Source: Phoronis australis
Lineage: Eukaryota; Animalia; Phoronida
Assembly: GCA_002633005.1 (NCBI GenBank)
Contig: NMRA01000266.1
Location: forward strand, 261,435 to 325,434
Reading direction: 5' to 3'
DNA length: 64,000 bases
In this document: positions 13,978-51,900 of the stretch, one piece after another
Layout of the letters: each line of letters opens with the position of its first letter
How positions within the stretch are numbered: position 1 is the first letter of the stretch
The notes under the pieces: model-generated
Databases searched by the model: none
The model's input: the letters and a program-made list of their open reading frames with translations, nothing else
Told to the model about the DNA's origin: nothing
Position numbers and translations under genes: made by a program

Positions 13978-14845
13978 TTTGCATAAAAATGCTTATTTAG
14001 ATTAATTTTATGGCATTCATTTCATATTAGCTAACTGAAACCTTATAAACTAAGAAAATGCATGGTGAGAACCCTTTAGGGAGCCTCATAATTTGTTTTG
14101 CTTGGCGATAGCAGCAATCCTGTTATCGCAATAATAGTCCCTTCCTTTTTGTCCAGTCATTCTACGGATAACCCAGAAAAAATTGCACCAGAAGGCTTTA
14201 TTGCATAAATCTTATCCTTTCACACCCCTTATTGGGAAAAAAAGTCTACCGGAATTGGAGTGGCGGAAGTTGGTTTTTCAAGATGGCGGACAAATTGGCC
14301 GCCAGATTTTCTGATACGCACTATAACTCAAGAGTGGAATGTGATAGAGTAAACATTCAAAAAGGTTTACCTATGTTTTGTGGGTCAAAAAATCCATTGG
14401 AAATGGTTTTACATGGCTGTGGTGACACCGTCCTTCATTTTCCAAGATGGCCGCCAAATCTACTTGAGTCGCACAACTTCACACGAACAGATTAGTGTGT
14501 CGTCTTACTTCAAACATCGCATCATAGGTTTTCTGGGTCGACTAATCCATTGAGACTCATTGCATTTGGCACTAATGATTACTTCCACCATTTCCAAGAT
14601 GGAGGACAAAATGGCCGCCAGATTTGCAGATGATCATTATAACTCGACAGTGGAATGTGATAGAGTAAAAATTCAAAAATGTTTACCTATATTTGCATAA
14701 AAATGCTTATTTAGATACATTTTATGGCATTCATTTCTTAATAGCTAACAGAAACCTCATAAACTAAGAAAATGCATGGTGGCAACTCTTGAAGGAGCCT
14801 CCTAATTTGCAATCCTGTTATCGCAATAATAGCGCCTTCTTTTGT
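13978..14845. repeat. Internally repeated element
   Basis: 13978-14150 resembles 14692-14843, and 14276-14375 resembles 14591-14690; recurrent CAAGATGGCGG/GGCCGCCA motifs. Confidence 0.6.
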
Positions 14846-17800
14846 CGATTCTTCTGGACAACTATTCCATGACGGGTCGAGACAAAATTTCTAAGGAGTT
14901 CCCGAAATTAACGAGTTTTAGACATTACAATAAAGTATATCTTTTTAAATTGAAACTCCACGTTAATAAGGATACGTGAAATCGTGAGCTCTGAGGAATA
15001 TCCCCCGTCCCCACCTCACGTGGCACAAATGTGTCAACGAAGCGTTCAATAAATAGCTCACTTGCGAGTTTCTCGTTAGTCGCTGTGACGTCACCGGAAA
15101 AGGGGCAAAACCCGCCATATTGCTCTTGTTTTGCCCCGAGTCTTTGCTACACACGCTAAAACTTACTGGAGTTCTTATGGTGAATTTTACGCTTAAAACG
15201 TTAAAACAACTTATGATATGGTAAATGGACCGTGGAGTAACTGTGAATGGACGAAGAAAATGTGAACTTGTTATGTTGTGCGAAGCTGTGAACGGACTGA
15301 AATTGGAACTTAACCCGCTCTAGGCCTGAATGCCGCAGGCATACAGGGGCGATAGTGTATTCCCATAAAAAGATATTCACTTCAAAATACAGCAAATAAA
15401 ATCAAATGAAACATGCATATGTGCACATGAAGTTATAATTAACACATACCCTGACTCTGGACACAATTTAGTCTACAAATAACTTGAGCATGATGTCCAT
15501 GAAAACCTCGCGGTTCTCTCGAGTTTCTCTCACTGGCCGCCATTTTGAGGAAGTTACGTGAAATCACGCCTGTTGACGAACAAAAAGTCCAAGGGACACA
15601 AATCTTACAAATTTCACTTGATATTTTCTCATGCTATTTTGCAAGTGTCACGCGCCAGGTCACGCGCCAGATCTCGCGCTTCGCTCAGTCTCGCGCTAGC
15701 CTTTGCCTCATACTCNTTGGGGTCTCACAAAACTCACATAAATCGTTGATCAACCATAGGAGTCTATTAGATACTAACCTTAGCAGATACCTTTGTTGTA
15801 CATGTACAATATGAATTTTCTAATTTGCAACACTCGCGCGCCTGTTTTAAGTATTGACACCAAGCTTACGGTTTTATACTATCCCTTGATGTAAGTGACA
15901 TGCAAAGGCATTTCGTTTCGTAACAGGAAATTACAAATATCGTCGCGCGTTTCGTGAGCAACTACAAATTCGAGATCACTACTAAACAAAATGCATACTC
16001 CGCTCTAGACTAGTGCGACCGACTTTCACTCCATTCTAGAGACTATTGCGACCAAGTACACCTGTACTTGAAATATTTACATCACATCCCCACGTCGCTC
16101 AATCGTACTTTTCGGATTCTACAAAGTATGTGTCTTGAAAACATTAATTTGAATAGTTTTCTCTGAATAAGTAGAAATATGATTTCAATCAACGTCTAAA
16201 ACGACGCTAAGGACAAATAGGGATACCATTCATGGCACACAAAAAGAAAAATGGACAAAAATTACAAAATGCAAAAAATCCTCCTATACTCCGGCCACCT
16301 ATTAGTTGCACTGTGAAAATTGGAACAAATTTGCATGGCATTTAAATTAATGTGCAAACACATTCAAATGTGTGTTAGGGACGACGAAGAACAATTCTCT
16401 TAAATATCAGCACGCTCGCCTTCCTTGTTATACATGTACATGTAATACCCTGGATTGAAATCAACAACGCTAGGAGCACGCTAGGGCCTCAACAAAAACG
16501 AGAATTCGTGACATTACGCTAGATTCTGTCGAGCATTTTCAACGAGAGCACGTGATCTTGGTTAGATTGTTCCCGTCGCCAGAGAGCTATTGAACTCCAC
16601 CCAGACTTTCATTATCTCCCTTCAAACTTAAAACCAAAAACACTGTTTGAGTGCGATGACAGTCGATGGGGTCAAATTCCCATTGAACACAGGCAATCTT
16701 CAAACATGTCGAGGTCAAGGAAAGTAAAAAAGCTCTATAATTTTTAATTGTCATGTGCTTATTGCTGTCCAAGTGTTGGCTAAGAGCGACACATGTATTT
16801 TCTTGTATATTCAGCGTCTTTGTTCAGACTATCCAGCTGTAAATGTGTGAAGTCTGTTTGCATATCAATGGTTTACATGTGACCTGGATTTCCAGCTAAC
16901 AATGTTTTGTAACGGCTCAGTCAGAGGTCAAAGGTTATGGTGGCACTCAATATAGTTTTTGTGAGACAAGGTTCAGTTTGTGTCCAACCAACCAAATTCA
17001 AAATTGGAGCTTGCTGGGTTGGCTGTGCATTTCAAGTTCTGTGCTGCATGTGAAGGCTACAAATGGCATTTACTTGGTTTTCGAATCTGTTTGGAGCGAA
17101 AAAATGCCAGTTGTTGACCTCTTGACCCACTTTTAATCAGCCATGACTTTTCTTGATCTTCGACTGCTTGCAAGCGGGAAGATGAAGTTTAGCCAGAGGT
17201 TTAGGTATCCTTCAGACTTTTTGAATCTGTGAAAAATCTGGATGCTGGACACCTAGTTTTCACCTGGTTTCTGGAATCTGGAGAGTTTTGACAGTCTGAA
17301 TGCACTGTCTCTCAGTTCTTAGAAATTGCATGCGAATGGTGACTTTGGGGTGAAAACCGATGATTCAACAAACTTTTGCTCCATTTCAAGTTGCCGGATG
17401 CACTTCCGGTAGTTGCAAAAGATGGAAAGTTGTCTTTGGAATCATTTTCAATAGACTTTGTGCTAGGTTTTAGACGGCTTTGGCCTGTTATACTCTTCAA
17501 ATTTCCAGGTTTAGTACTGCAACAGAGTGTTGGAGCTGAATCGACCTGGATTTTCGAACCCCAAATCAGCAAAAACTGTTGAGTGACACCTAGATAAGGG
17601 CCCTTCAAACTGTGCTTTAACGAAGGACGCCAGCCAGTCCAGAGAACCGGTGAAACCTTCCCTATAAGAATTCCTATATGAATATGAGTAGGACTGCAGG
17701 AATTCCTATAGAAAATTCTACAGGGACGTACTGTATATGTAGATATCTGATTATGGTAAGTAGCCTGCAGGGAAAGTCCTATGAATGTAGACGCCTTATA

Positions 17801-17879
17801 GGAATTCCCAAAGAAAAGTCTACAGTCATATAGGTATTTTAAGGGATCCTACAGGGAATATCTTATGAATGAAGATGTT

Positions 17880-18162
17880 TTTATTAATTATTTATTGTCT
17901 GTTTTTATATTTATATTTATATTTATATTTTTTAGTTAATTATCTTGTCTTAATTTCTTTATTTATCATATTTTATTTTTTATTTTGCTTCATCAGTCTG
18001 TCCATGTTAATTTCTTATTCTTTGCTTATTACTTAAGTTTGTCTTTCATTTTGTAATTCTGTTTTTGTCTTACTATCTGTTTGTTTTTTAATGAGGGCAG
18101 GGCCCCCATGGAAAGCAGTGTGAACTGATGGGGCTACCCTCATTGTAAATATTACATTAATG

Positions 18163-18201
<39 letters not shown>
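17880..18201 (+). mobile_element. 3' end of a non-LTR retroposon with (AAT)n tail (duplicate copy ~24125-24458)
   Basis: T-rich tract, then the GAGGG..CCCCAT..CAGTGTGAACTG..ATGGGG..CCCTC stem-loop and (AAT)n. The same motif occurs inverted at 36268-36345. Confidence 0.6.
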
Positions 18202-18204
<3 letters not shown>

Positions 18205-19114
18205 GGAACGCCTATAAGCACGTAGGTATCCTGTAGGAATTCGTATAGCATATTCTATGGGCATGTGGCTATCTTTTATTATCCTACAGCCCCATCACCT
18301 TTTGAAAAATATTGGAGGTCCTGGTTTGTTTTCCGACTCAAGTAGTCACGACGTTTGAATTTCTACAAATGTATACGGCTGCATCAATTGGTGTGCTCTG
18401 AGGGCCGGTTGCAAACACTGTACATGTATGTGGGGGTTGAGAAGGAATAGGTACTAGGAAGACACAGTACCAATAACTTGTCTACGCGAGACATAATTTC
18501 ACGGTGCGGGTGAATTCCACATTGAAAACATGCACCTTTCAAAATATACCAATAGTTACAATGTTCCGATCCGGTGTCTTTGTATGCCGCGAGTCAACAA
18601 AACACCAAACAACCAAGAAGCAGCGGAACACTTTTCATTTAGACCACTCACCGCTGTAAAATTGATCTCAACCTGTTGTATATTCAGTAGAGAACGGATT
18701 TCCGAATTTGCAAAGACCTATTATTTTAGGCCATACTCGGTTCTTGAAGTGACAAGCCAAGTTATCAGGCCTGGGTACAAGTAATAACCAACAGTACGTT
18801 CATTGGAAATCCTGAGACCATCCCCATTTTGACAAAGAAACAATACTGATGTGGACAGTTTTGTACCGGTTAACAGATGTAAATGAAAAGTTTTGCTCTG
18901 CGACACAAGGTGGCGTTCTAGACGCTTTAAAAACAAACGGGGCTGTACGTTTTCAAAATTTGAAGAATTTTCTTTACTATCGGTAGCAAGAGCAAAGTTA
19001 ATGTACCGTGACTAGTGCACACGGTGTGACCGATGGACTTTCCTCTCAAATTAGTTGATCAGACGATGCATAAAACATAGTTTGCGACATACACTCATAT
19101 TATGAACTGTGTAC

Positions 19115-19621
19115 CTTTCTTTCCCATCAGGCGTCTTAAGGGTAGGTATTGGCGATAGATTAGTTGGAGGAATTGGTAACGGACGTCTGACACGCAAGGC
19201 ACTTGCATTAGGCGTCGGTGTGGAATGCATGGGCTCCTGACCAATGTTTTCTTTGGAAATGGGAGTGGGTATCTCTTTCCCACCAGCGGCTGCAAGACGA
19301 GGAGGTTTTGGTGGACCTAATAGAGGCACCTTAGACTTTTGCCTCGGGAATGTCGGCTCCTGACCAATGTTTCCTTTGGAAATGGGAGTGGGTAGCTTTT
19401 TTCCAGCGGCGGCGAAAAGACGAGGAGGCTTTGGTGGACCTTTTGGCGTCTCCATTGACTTTTGCCTCATTGCTGTCGCTGAAAGGTCCTGCACCGCATG
19501 TGGCCCTTCGGCACTTTTCCTATCAGGATTTCGCATCAGGTTGGGCGGCCTCGTCGCCACAGGTTCTGACTGCATCTTTGCGCTCACAGTTTTCGCCGCC
19601 GCGTGTTGCTGGTCCGTTTGT
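19115..19621 (-). CDS. Second copy of gene A cytoplasmic exon 3 (probably the other allele)
   Basis: 507-nt intact exon with the same splice sites, inside the block 15717-20543, which is bounded by single Ns. It lies beyond the terminal exon. Confidence 0.6.
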
Positions 19622-20865
19622 CTAAATTTGATACAGTCTATTTTACCACAGTGCGTTGGAAAACACTATCGCAAACCACAGCTAAGGATGGATCTTTGGA
19701 AGCCATTGTGTAGAAGAATAAAAAAGAACTTGTAAAAATAGATTTTGCTCAGAGAAGTTTGGCTGGGGAAATGGTCTTGAACGACTGGCGAAAATTTCGT
19801 TTTTAACCACGAATGGACACAGCAAGTCGCAAAAGATTCTGGGAACTGTGACTTATGGATGGACACGTTGTTTAGCACAAATGCGATGACGATGCGCTGG
19901 TAAAACCAGGCGTATGGAGCTGCTTCTTACAACTTCCAAAAATGCAACCATTGAGGTAAATGCACACTTCTGCATAACTTTTCGCAGCACTGACGTCATA
20001 ACTTATCACAGTTCTGACGTCACAACGTACCACAACAGTGACACCTCATCTTATCACAGCAGTGAAGTGATTAGGCTGCAGCAAGTGACATCCTCATTAT
20101 TCGATACGGAGTTCTTCTATTTCTGTGTGACGCTATTACATGCATATACATAAAACGTACCGAGAGGGGCGTACATGAAGTAATATCCCACTCGACACTA
20201 TTTCGCTGAATAATGTCAAGTGGGATATTACTTCATCTACGCCAATCGAGATATGTTTTGTATTTATCCCATACGGTTCGAATTCCTGTGTTTTTCCATT
20301 TTTTCCGCAGAATTTTTAAATACTTCGCTCAGACTGTTCACGTGGCGAATCACATCCTATATGTATGTTCTTGCGCGTTAAGCTGCAAGTTTTCTCTAGT
20401 AAAAGAATTATTTGAAAAGAGATAACAGACATGAAAACAACGGCAACTTTGCACTGAACTTGCAACATCTCCTGAAAATAGTTAAATTATAACGTTACAC
20501 ATTGTAGTTGCCGAGGAATCGGCGCCTGAGTTACAGACGATATNACACTCTGCTACCGTATTGGGCAAATGACCAAACGACAACCTTTTGCCCCACTTCC
20601 CGTGACGTCACAGTTAAGTCCCACATAATCTCGCGTTATTGTTATAAACTCGCAAAAGGCCTATTCATTTGGCATAATGAGCAGAGTGCTGACCCGAATA
20701 AAACATTGTACTTTGGAATGAAATGTTAATATTACGATGGAACTGAGATAGCGTTATGCATCACTTCAATTAAGTACTTAAATGTGCAATTGTGAGGCGT
20801 GTTTGCGTTTTGCACATACGTGCCTCAGTTTTTCTTATCTGCAGTCATTGTTCTATTGGCTACTT

Positions 20866-20871
20866 TTTATT
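20866..20871 (-). promoter_or_regulatory. Candidate polyadenylation signal (AATAAA) of gene A
   Basis: An AATAAA on the minus strand ~115 nt after the stop codon. This hexamer is common by chance in AT-rich DNA. Confidence 0.35.
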
Positions 20872-20986
20872 ACGATCGATGTTCACGCTGTGGTTTACAT
20901 GTATTCAGGTCTATTCGAATTCTTGTAGACAAAGCAATAAAGGGAACCTGAATACCCATTCTTGGACAAATTATTGGCTTAACCGA

Positions 20987-44366
<23,380 letters not shown>

Positions 44367-46348
44367 TTATGATGACGTAATAGAAGTCATGATAATATAA
44401 TATTAATGAGACTTTCATATAGCAACGTGGCGACTGGTAACGTGGAACCGGATACCAATGGCCTCTAGAGAAATATGAGGAGGCACTTGAAAACTTTTGT
44501 TTAAAACGCAATTTCCAGTGTTAAATTTACTCTTTGTAGCCTCTAGCCACTATATTTTTGTTGGGAGGTCCGCGATTTGTGGTATGGGGCGTCTATGCTC
44601 ACTTAACCCTTATACTGCGCTAGGCGAGGTCAGTCAACATATCAGTTATCCCATACAGCGCGATGGATGGATTCAATCGACTGCGCGAAGCTGCAGCTGC
44701 GAGCAGTAGGTGAGTGCACCCCTCCACAGGACACTTGTGGTTTCCATTCAAAAATTGTGAAAGTCCCCTATCCTGTTTAGATATGTGTAAATACGCATTC
44801 CACAGTTCAAAGTTTCCCATACATTTCTCTGGTTTAAACCATGTGGCTGTGATAACTAGTTTGGGAGATGTTACCAGTTTTATGTAAGCCTATGTATAGA
44901 CACGACTCATAGTTTCATTGTCGCTGGAGCCATACGTGAGATGATGAATGTGGATCAATTTATTCTCAATATGGCTGTGATGAAGATGCACATATTACAT
45001 AGCAATCTGTTTTCGTCGTTTTAATTGTGTAATTGTGCTCAGTAATGTTATCCATTGGTACCTCCGTTTTACTCCTTATGTTTTGGCACCGTTTTTCTGT
45101 TTTTATGTGATATCCTATGATATCCAGTCTCATTTGTTCCAATTTTAAATGGTATATCCCATTGTATCAGAATATTTGGGCGTTACGTCTTTCATATTAA
45201 GGAACCCTTGTCAGATGGGATCCTCTTTTGGATGGGTTGCCCAGGGCAATTGCAACTTTGCCCTCTATTATCCCGACACAGTCTACTATTCACTTGGTAC
45301 ATGTAAGTAGAAAGCATTTAAATTGGACATCGAAACCTCAAAAATAATATAAATGCATGTATATGGCAGTACCTTGGGAGCACATTTTTCATTATGCAAA
45401 ATTGTTTGAATACACGGAACTTGTCGTTGCTGACAGTTTTATTCCACCGTTCTTTTCGTATACATGTTCTTTTGCAGAACGGTAGGAAATTACATTTCAA
45501 CGATGATTAAATTTTCACTGCTATACAGCTTGCTGTTGCAACGAACAATCAATAACTTTTGTAAAACGCAAAGTAGGAAAACTTGCAAAAATTAAGTAAA
45601 CTTCGGTGTCTACACAGTGTTTTTTATCTACAGTTTCCCCCAATAATGACTCTCAGTCGCAGTGCTCACAGGCATACTCTCGTTGCTCCTTACGCCCAAC
45701 GGTTCCCTGTATCTGTGTGTAACTGTCCCGATGTTCACCCAGCTCAAAACTCCTGGTGCCTCGTATAGATGCTAACTTGTCACGTGACTGTGTGTCATCC
45801 CAAGTTTTCTTTGTTTTGGAGAGTCACGCGTATCTTGTTAGTTTCTTAGTCGTCTACTAAATGACGTTGCAATAAATTAGTTTCCAGTTCGTCAATAGGC
45901 TTATACTGTGACCATTTTTGTGTTCGTGGTAAAAATACGTTTTAAACAGGTCATAGTGAATCTGATTCTTGAGGACACTAACATAAGAGTTACTCACAAT
46001 TTCTAGCAAAAATCGTCCGATTCACTATTTTTGGAACTCCGCCGAAATAGAAACTCTTTCGACCTACCTGTAGTACAGTTTTCAAATTTTCGGCAATGAT
46101 ATTATATAGGAGAGCATGGGCTGAAAGTAAACCTAGTAAACATCTCTTAATATACTGCGTGAAAAGTTAAAATTTTCGGGTTAGTCCAGTGTTGCTAAAG
46201 TAGAGAATGCATGTACGAACAATACGTATTCAGGGGATGTTTACGGTATTCATGACTTTACATTCGCATTAAGTTCTTCAAATGAGTTCTTCATAATGCT
46301 ATAAGAACTTCACCGTATAATGCAGTGTTCATATTTAGGAATAATCCT

Positions 46349-46500
46349 GGCGTGCGTTCAGTAGACGCTAGGACCTGCGCTGGGACCTAGCTAAAACCTA
46401 GTCAAAGTCACGTGCTCTCATTTAAAATACACGGCTATATCTCACGTAATCTCGCGAAGTCTTGCTTTTTAACGAGGTCCTAGCGCTACTGAACGGGAGG
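46349..46500 (+). mobile_element. ~150-bp MITE family (other copies 42058-42205 and 63587-63722 inverted; diverged relatives ~16466-16565 and ~22703-22805)
   Basis: Near-identical copies with terminal inverted CGTTCAGTA..GCTAGGACCT / AGGTCCTAGC..TACTGAACG. Confidence 0.75.
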
Positions 46501-49500
46501 CTGACCTTTTCGTAGTTTACTCTCTTGAATACTCCTTACATGTATATTCCTACTGCGCGTGTAATATCGGTGAGAATTTTGATCTTAGCACGGCGCGTTT
46601 TATTGTTATCCTGTTCAATAATATGTCTAGACATTTGAAGTGTTCTGTCGCTTTGTGGAATATGATTACACATGCACTCTCGTAGTGTTCTCAACAATAA
46701 TAAGACACAGAATATCACTGGATGCAACATAAATTGTGTGAAATCTTATCATCAATATCATTGCATTTTGGGCTTTTCTTTGTTCATTGTTTCAGTGATA
46801 GGTAAAGACAATTCAAGTGTTGTGTGGAAGCACATGGAATTGATTTCACCGTTACTTCTCTAGTGTTCTCAACACTATTGTGACTCTACCTTTTGACACA
46901 GCGCCACCTATACTGAAAAGTGGCCATATGGAAAAAAGATGATGAACGACACACTGAATCCCGTGAGTGGGCGTCAATGAGTATGCCTTGGTCGGAAGAA
47001 TACCGATCACATCACCACCACCACTTGCACCCGCCTTTATGCACTGCGCTTGTTTGGTCTTTTAAGACTTAAAAGTCGCTGGAGCAGGGTTCCTTTGATT
47101 TCGTTTACTTCGATTACTGCTGTTCTAATAAATTGCAACTTTTTAAGTTAAAGGTGGTCGCCATACTACGTATAACAGTGAACTGAAAGGGAGTTTCCCA
47201 GATTTCAACCAATGGGAGTGACTGAATGTTATGACGACAATTTCAATCCTTTAACCAATGAGAAGCCATATTAAACAAAATTCACAGTGCTACCTTTGTA
47301 GCGCTGCGAAAGAGTGCATTGTGACCCACGGTCTCACTGGATGCGCCATAAATTTTGTGAAATTAAATGTGTGATACGTGCGAAAAATGGAAGATACTGG
47401 TTAGTCTTTTGTTCTCTTCTGTCTGAAGAGACACGGAGCGCTATGTGTGAAAAACCCGATTTTCTTCAGTTCGTGTTTTGAAGTATTCAACCAATTGTTT
47501 GCGAGATACTGAATGACGTTCATCTAGTATACTCTACTCCAATAAGAAAACACAGTTTGGAACTTGACTTATTTCCCAGGATTTTGTAGGTTGAAGGTTG
47601 AGAGTGATCAAATAAGCGCTGTGTGGGACTTGACTCAAGCACCTACTTGTACATTAGATAGTATTCTGGTCGTTACTAAAACACTGCATTTGTCTTATGT
47701 ATAGTGTATTCATGGTATTGATGACTATCACAAGCTAAGGGCGTTTGTGTTCTTAGCCACTCGAAACCATGAGGCTGTGCGACGTTTTCATATCTATGTC
47801 CTGCTTATTGTGGGATTCACTAAGTCAATTTATATTATTAATTAACCTCGATCGCTTTCGGAACAGAGTCACGACTGCACTAGCAGTTGAACATCTTGGA
47901 AGGATATAATGTGTATATATCCCATTCATTATTTGATCACGACAAGAAGCATTTATCCAACATGAACACACCTTACAGGGCTGACAATTGTCTGGTTCCT
48001 GACGCAACTAATTTTCATTGCGAACTAGCCCAGGGTCTCCGATCGAGAGGAGTTCGAAAGCTGCAAATAGTTTTCATTTTAAGCGATAAAGCACTGTCAA
48101 TCACACGCAAGTAACATTTCAAACAAAAGGTGGCGCACATTTTACTCACGGTAGGATTTCGCTTTGGTGAGTGTTCGTTTCCAGTACGCCTTCGAAGCCT
48201 GGTCACAATATTGAAACCAGCATGTACACTTTGGTGACGTAGGGCATTTTGTTTAGGGTAGCCTTAAGTTCGACGTTTGCTGTATTGCGTGTGTGCGACC
48301 TTTTATCTCATCCTCAGGTTTTGTTTCACTGTAAACGAACTTCGGTATTGCTTCGCAGTAAGCACTCATCAAAAATCGTATGTGAAAAATTAATTCGGTA
48401 TCATAAGAGGAAAAACAAGATCGGTCACAGTGGAGTGGTAGTCTAGGTGTTTATATATTGTGGTGGCAGCGGTGGTGGTGGCGGCGGTAGTGATGGTGAC
48501 GGCGGTGGCAGCGGTGGTGATACCGGTGAGGGTGGCGGTGGTACCGTGATGGTGATGTACTGTGACTTTGCTTGTTTTATTATTGTAGTAATATTCATAC
48601 GCGTGCATTAGCAGGCTCCTGAAGTGAGTCTGGAATCTTACCGTAAAAACCTCGTTAATAAAAATCTTTACAGAGATGTTCCTAGATAACTTTGACTGCC
48701 ACGCATTAGCTCATAAAACGAGACATTTTCAACCAACTACCTAAGGAACCAGTGGCAGTGTGGCAGGGAGGGGGGGCGGAGGTCATGAAAATGGCTTTAA
48801 TGACTGGGATGCCAAAAATCGCTGTTTGGCGGTGCCAAATCCCAAAATTTACTGCTTCAAATTATACGTGTACATGTACAAGATATGAAGCTTATACTTT
48901 CATTGAGTTGGCTGTGAAGGCAAAGTTTTTATAGTGTTTCCCTTACATCACGGGGGGCGTTGTTTCATAGTTGGCTTAAGGCGGATTAGCGCGCGGGGAA
49001 CATACAGAGAATCTATTTGTTCAGCAATCCGTTAATAAGCAATAATTATGCATTCTTGACCTACCTTCAGCTCCTGAAACGTCTGGGATAAGGAAAAAGA
49101 AGAAAACAATCAGTAAACTGCTTTGACAAGAAATCAATTTCACTTCATCGTAAACTCTGCAAAAATAATTACGGCCCAACTCAGTACCACTGTGCATACC
49201 ACTAACTAGTCAACATGCGGAAATTGAATGCTTAAAGCAGCTTGTATGTCAATGGTTCGCGTGACTTTACAAAACACGTGCATATTCATAAACATACGAA
49301 ATGATCTAGGATTCATGACGAATGCTCATTTGATAGAAAGTTCGTCCATTTCCGTGTGACGTTATCGTGTACATTACTACACATTGTAATATAACAACAT
49401 GCACATGTACGTCTTACCGAAACAAAGAATTGAATCGAATGAGAGTGTTTCCAAGTGCATGTTTCACGTAAAGTCACTTTTAAAAGATTTAAACCTTTCA

Positions 49501-51900
49501 CACCACGGTCACAAATGCTCGAAGTCGGTTGCCAACAAAACCTGAGTTCGACTGAGCAGTATGAAAAGTTGGGTGTGTATTGATATTGAAAAAAAACAAA
49601 GGCTTTTGTTGTTTCTTAACCCTGGTCAACTTCAAAAAAACCTATCTCGTTCAACTATAATCCAAAAAATTAATGAGTTTTTCGGTCGTAAAAAGGGATG
49701 ATGTACCGTCAAATAGCGACTATCATGGATTGCCTTCCGAAGTTGGCTAGTTGCCAGTGGCCCTCATCCGGAGCCCGTTTCTCGAAGATGATTGGCTTTT
49801 GTCTTTTGACTTTGGCCAGAATCCAGAAATCCGACTAAGAGTAGCTAAAAGTTGCCGGTTTTTTTGTCTTTTGAGTTTCGGTAGTAATGAATCAAGTGTT
49901 CAGAAGCATGTGAATGTGTTCGGTAAAGAATGGATGTTAGGTCCTAGCTGTCATCCAGGAACCAGTTGCATAAAAGTTATACGCTGCATATAAAAAAAGA
50001 TGTCGCATTATCACGTGCCACGTTGTTATTGTTGAACAATGCCCCCGACGTCACACAACAATCAAACTTTTCCAACGGATAATTTTGAAGTTTTATGCTA
50101 CCCAGCCAATGATGCGAGAGATAGCAACCAAGAAGCACCCTCTGGTGTTAGGCTATGTAGGTCCATAGAAATGGTTGGTCGGATTCGTATGAAATGCAAC
50201 TCCATCGCTCAGTGATTCTGGACAAAACTCTAGCTGACCAGTGCGTAAATACACTTTAATGAGTACTTTACTGCAAAAATTAGTTTCGTCCCAATCTGTT
50301 CTTGAGCGAGGATGTGACCTGTTTCGGCGTGCAGATAGCGCCCTCGGTGAGCAGTTGTCGGGCATCATTTGTTTGACGTCATTTAGGAATCGCTACGAAG
50401 GTGATTTACAGACGTCTTTAGCAAATTTAAAATTTTGTCATCAATTATAGGGAACAATTTTAATATATTAGTTTGTTCGGACTATCTATAGGACCAGTTT
50501 TGTCTTCTTTGTCTTTGCACTAGACTTACACATGGATATCACACATTTCAGTTCTGTTTGTTGTTACGAATGAGATTTTTTCAGCCTGTCATTTTAGAAC
50601 AAACGAAGTGATATTATAAGCAACATTCTATCCAGAGCTAATCCTCTCAACGAGTTCTTCTGCAGCTTCCAAATCGTGTTCCTAGAAGTTGTGGGAATCG
50701 GACATTTTCCGATTCGTCGGAAACGGTTTTCTGATAGAGCCTCGATTCTGAATCGGTTTTGATAACGTTGGTTGCACTTGATTAACAACGCTTAGTCAGC
50801 CGACTAAGGCATTTGATTGGTTGTTGGTGACTATTCCAGGCTTACCGACCAATCAAATGTCTAAGTCGGTTGTCGCGGGGAACCGGTGAAGTCGTTCACG
50901 TGCAGCTTCACTGTATTGTCACAGCACTGAGAAGGCTGTTCGCTTTGATAGACTTTCGGGCAATTTCTCTTAGGAACAACAGATGACACAACCGTGAATT
51001 ACAAACGAAGGTTTGAGAGTGACCGAGGTGACTTTATCTGAGTTCTTAAAACAGTTTCAGCCCACAGCACAGCAGTAATACTTCGTTGGCACTGAAAGGA
51101 CTAGAGTAGCGCAAACGAGAAAATCTTGTAAAGAATCGGAGAGCAACAAATAACATGCGTATTTTTAATTCAATAGCAAGAAAACGAGGCAGAAAATGTG
51201 CCTGACGGATGTTTACGGCATTGTTTGTAAATACAGCGAAATTCGAGACTTACTGTTTTCTTTTATCGATGTTGCCGGCAACAGCGTAGCAAATTCTTGC
51301 AAGGCTAGTCCCTACCTTAAATAATTATAAAAATATCGAAATCTAGTTTTCAAGCAAAGAATTTCTACGACACGTTTGCCAGTTTCTGACTTTACTAAGT
51401 GGCGTACCCAAGATTTTTGGTTTAAATTTCCGTCAATTTGGCTGTTAAACGTCTTGCGTAAGAAGGAAAATTACTTAGCTATGCCAAGAATTTAACATTA
51501 TAAGACTACGATATAAGAATTTTTGTGCACAAGGTCCCAGGACCTGTTAGAAGAAATGAGCTCCAGAATTCTTAACTCTTTAGAATAAAAATATTAGTTT
51601 CTTTTAACTTGTTGAAACTCCACGTTGTACCCAGACTTCACGTTGAAAAACCTCATCGCCAGCGCGTGAAATCTATAACCATTAGCACTTGGAGCCATGA
51701 GTTGACCACAATCAAACATTGTATTTCGCAACGAAATGTTGACATTATGACGACAATGAAAAAGCGCCATGCAACTGTTAAATTCAGCACATGTGCAATT
51801 ACACAACTGTATCGAATATTTCCTCCACCAGGGGGATCAATGTCTACGGTACACATTTGACTACCAGAAAAAATATTCTTAGACAATCTAATAGCACTAG

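Larger units (their letters stand above)
15717..20543. repeat. ~4.9-kb direct duplicate of ~21964-26943
   Basis: Colinear with SNPs and indels; bounded exactly by Ns at 15716 and 20544. Confidence 0.9.

Noticed and set aside
46536-46730. MLHPVIFCVLLLLRTL... as the signal-peptide exon of gene A
   Set aside because: Only a weak phase-1 donor, and parts of the sequence recur nearby (~46858, ~47334), suggesting repeat origin. Unresolved.
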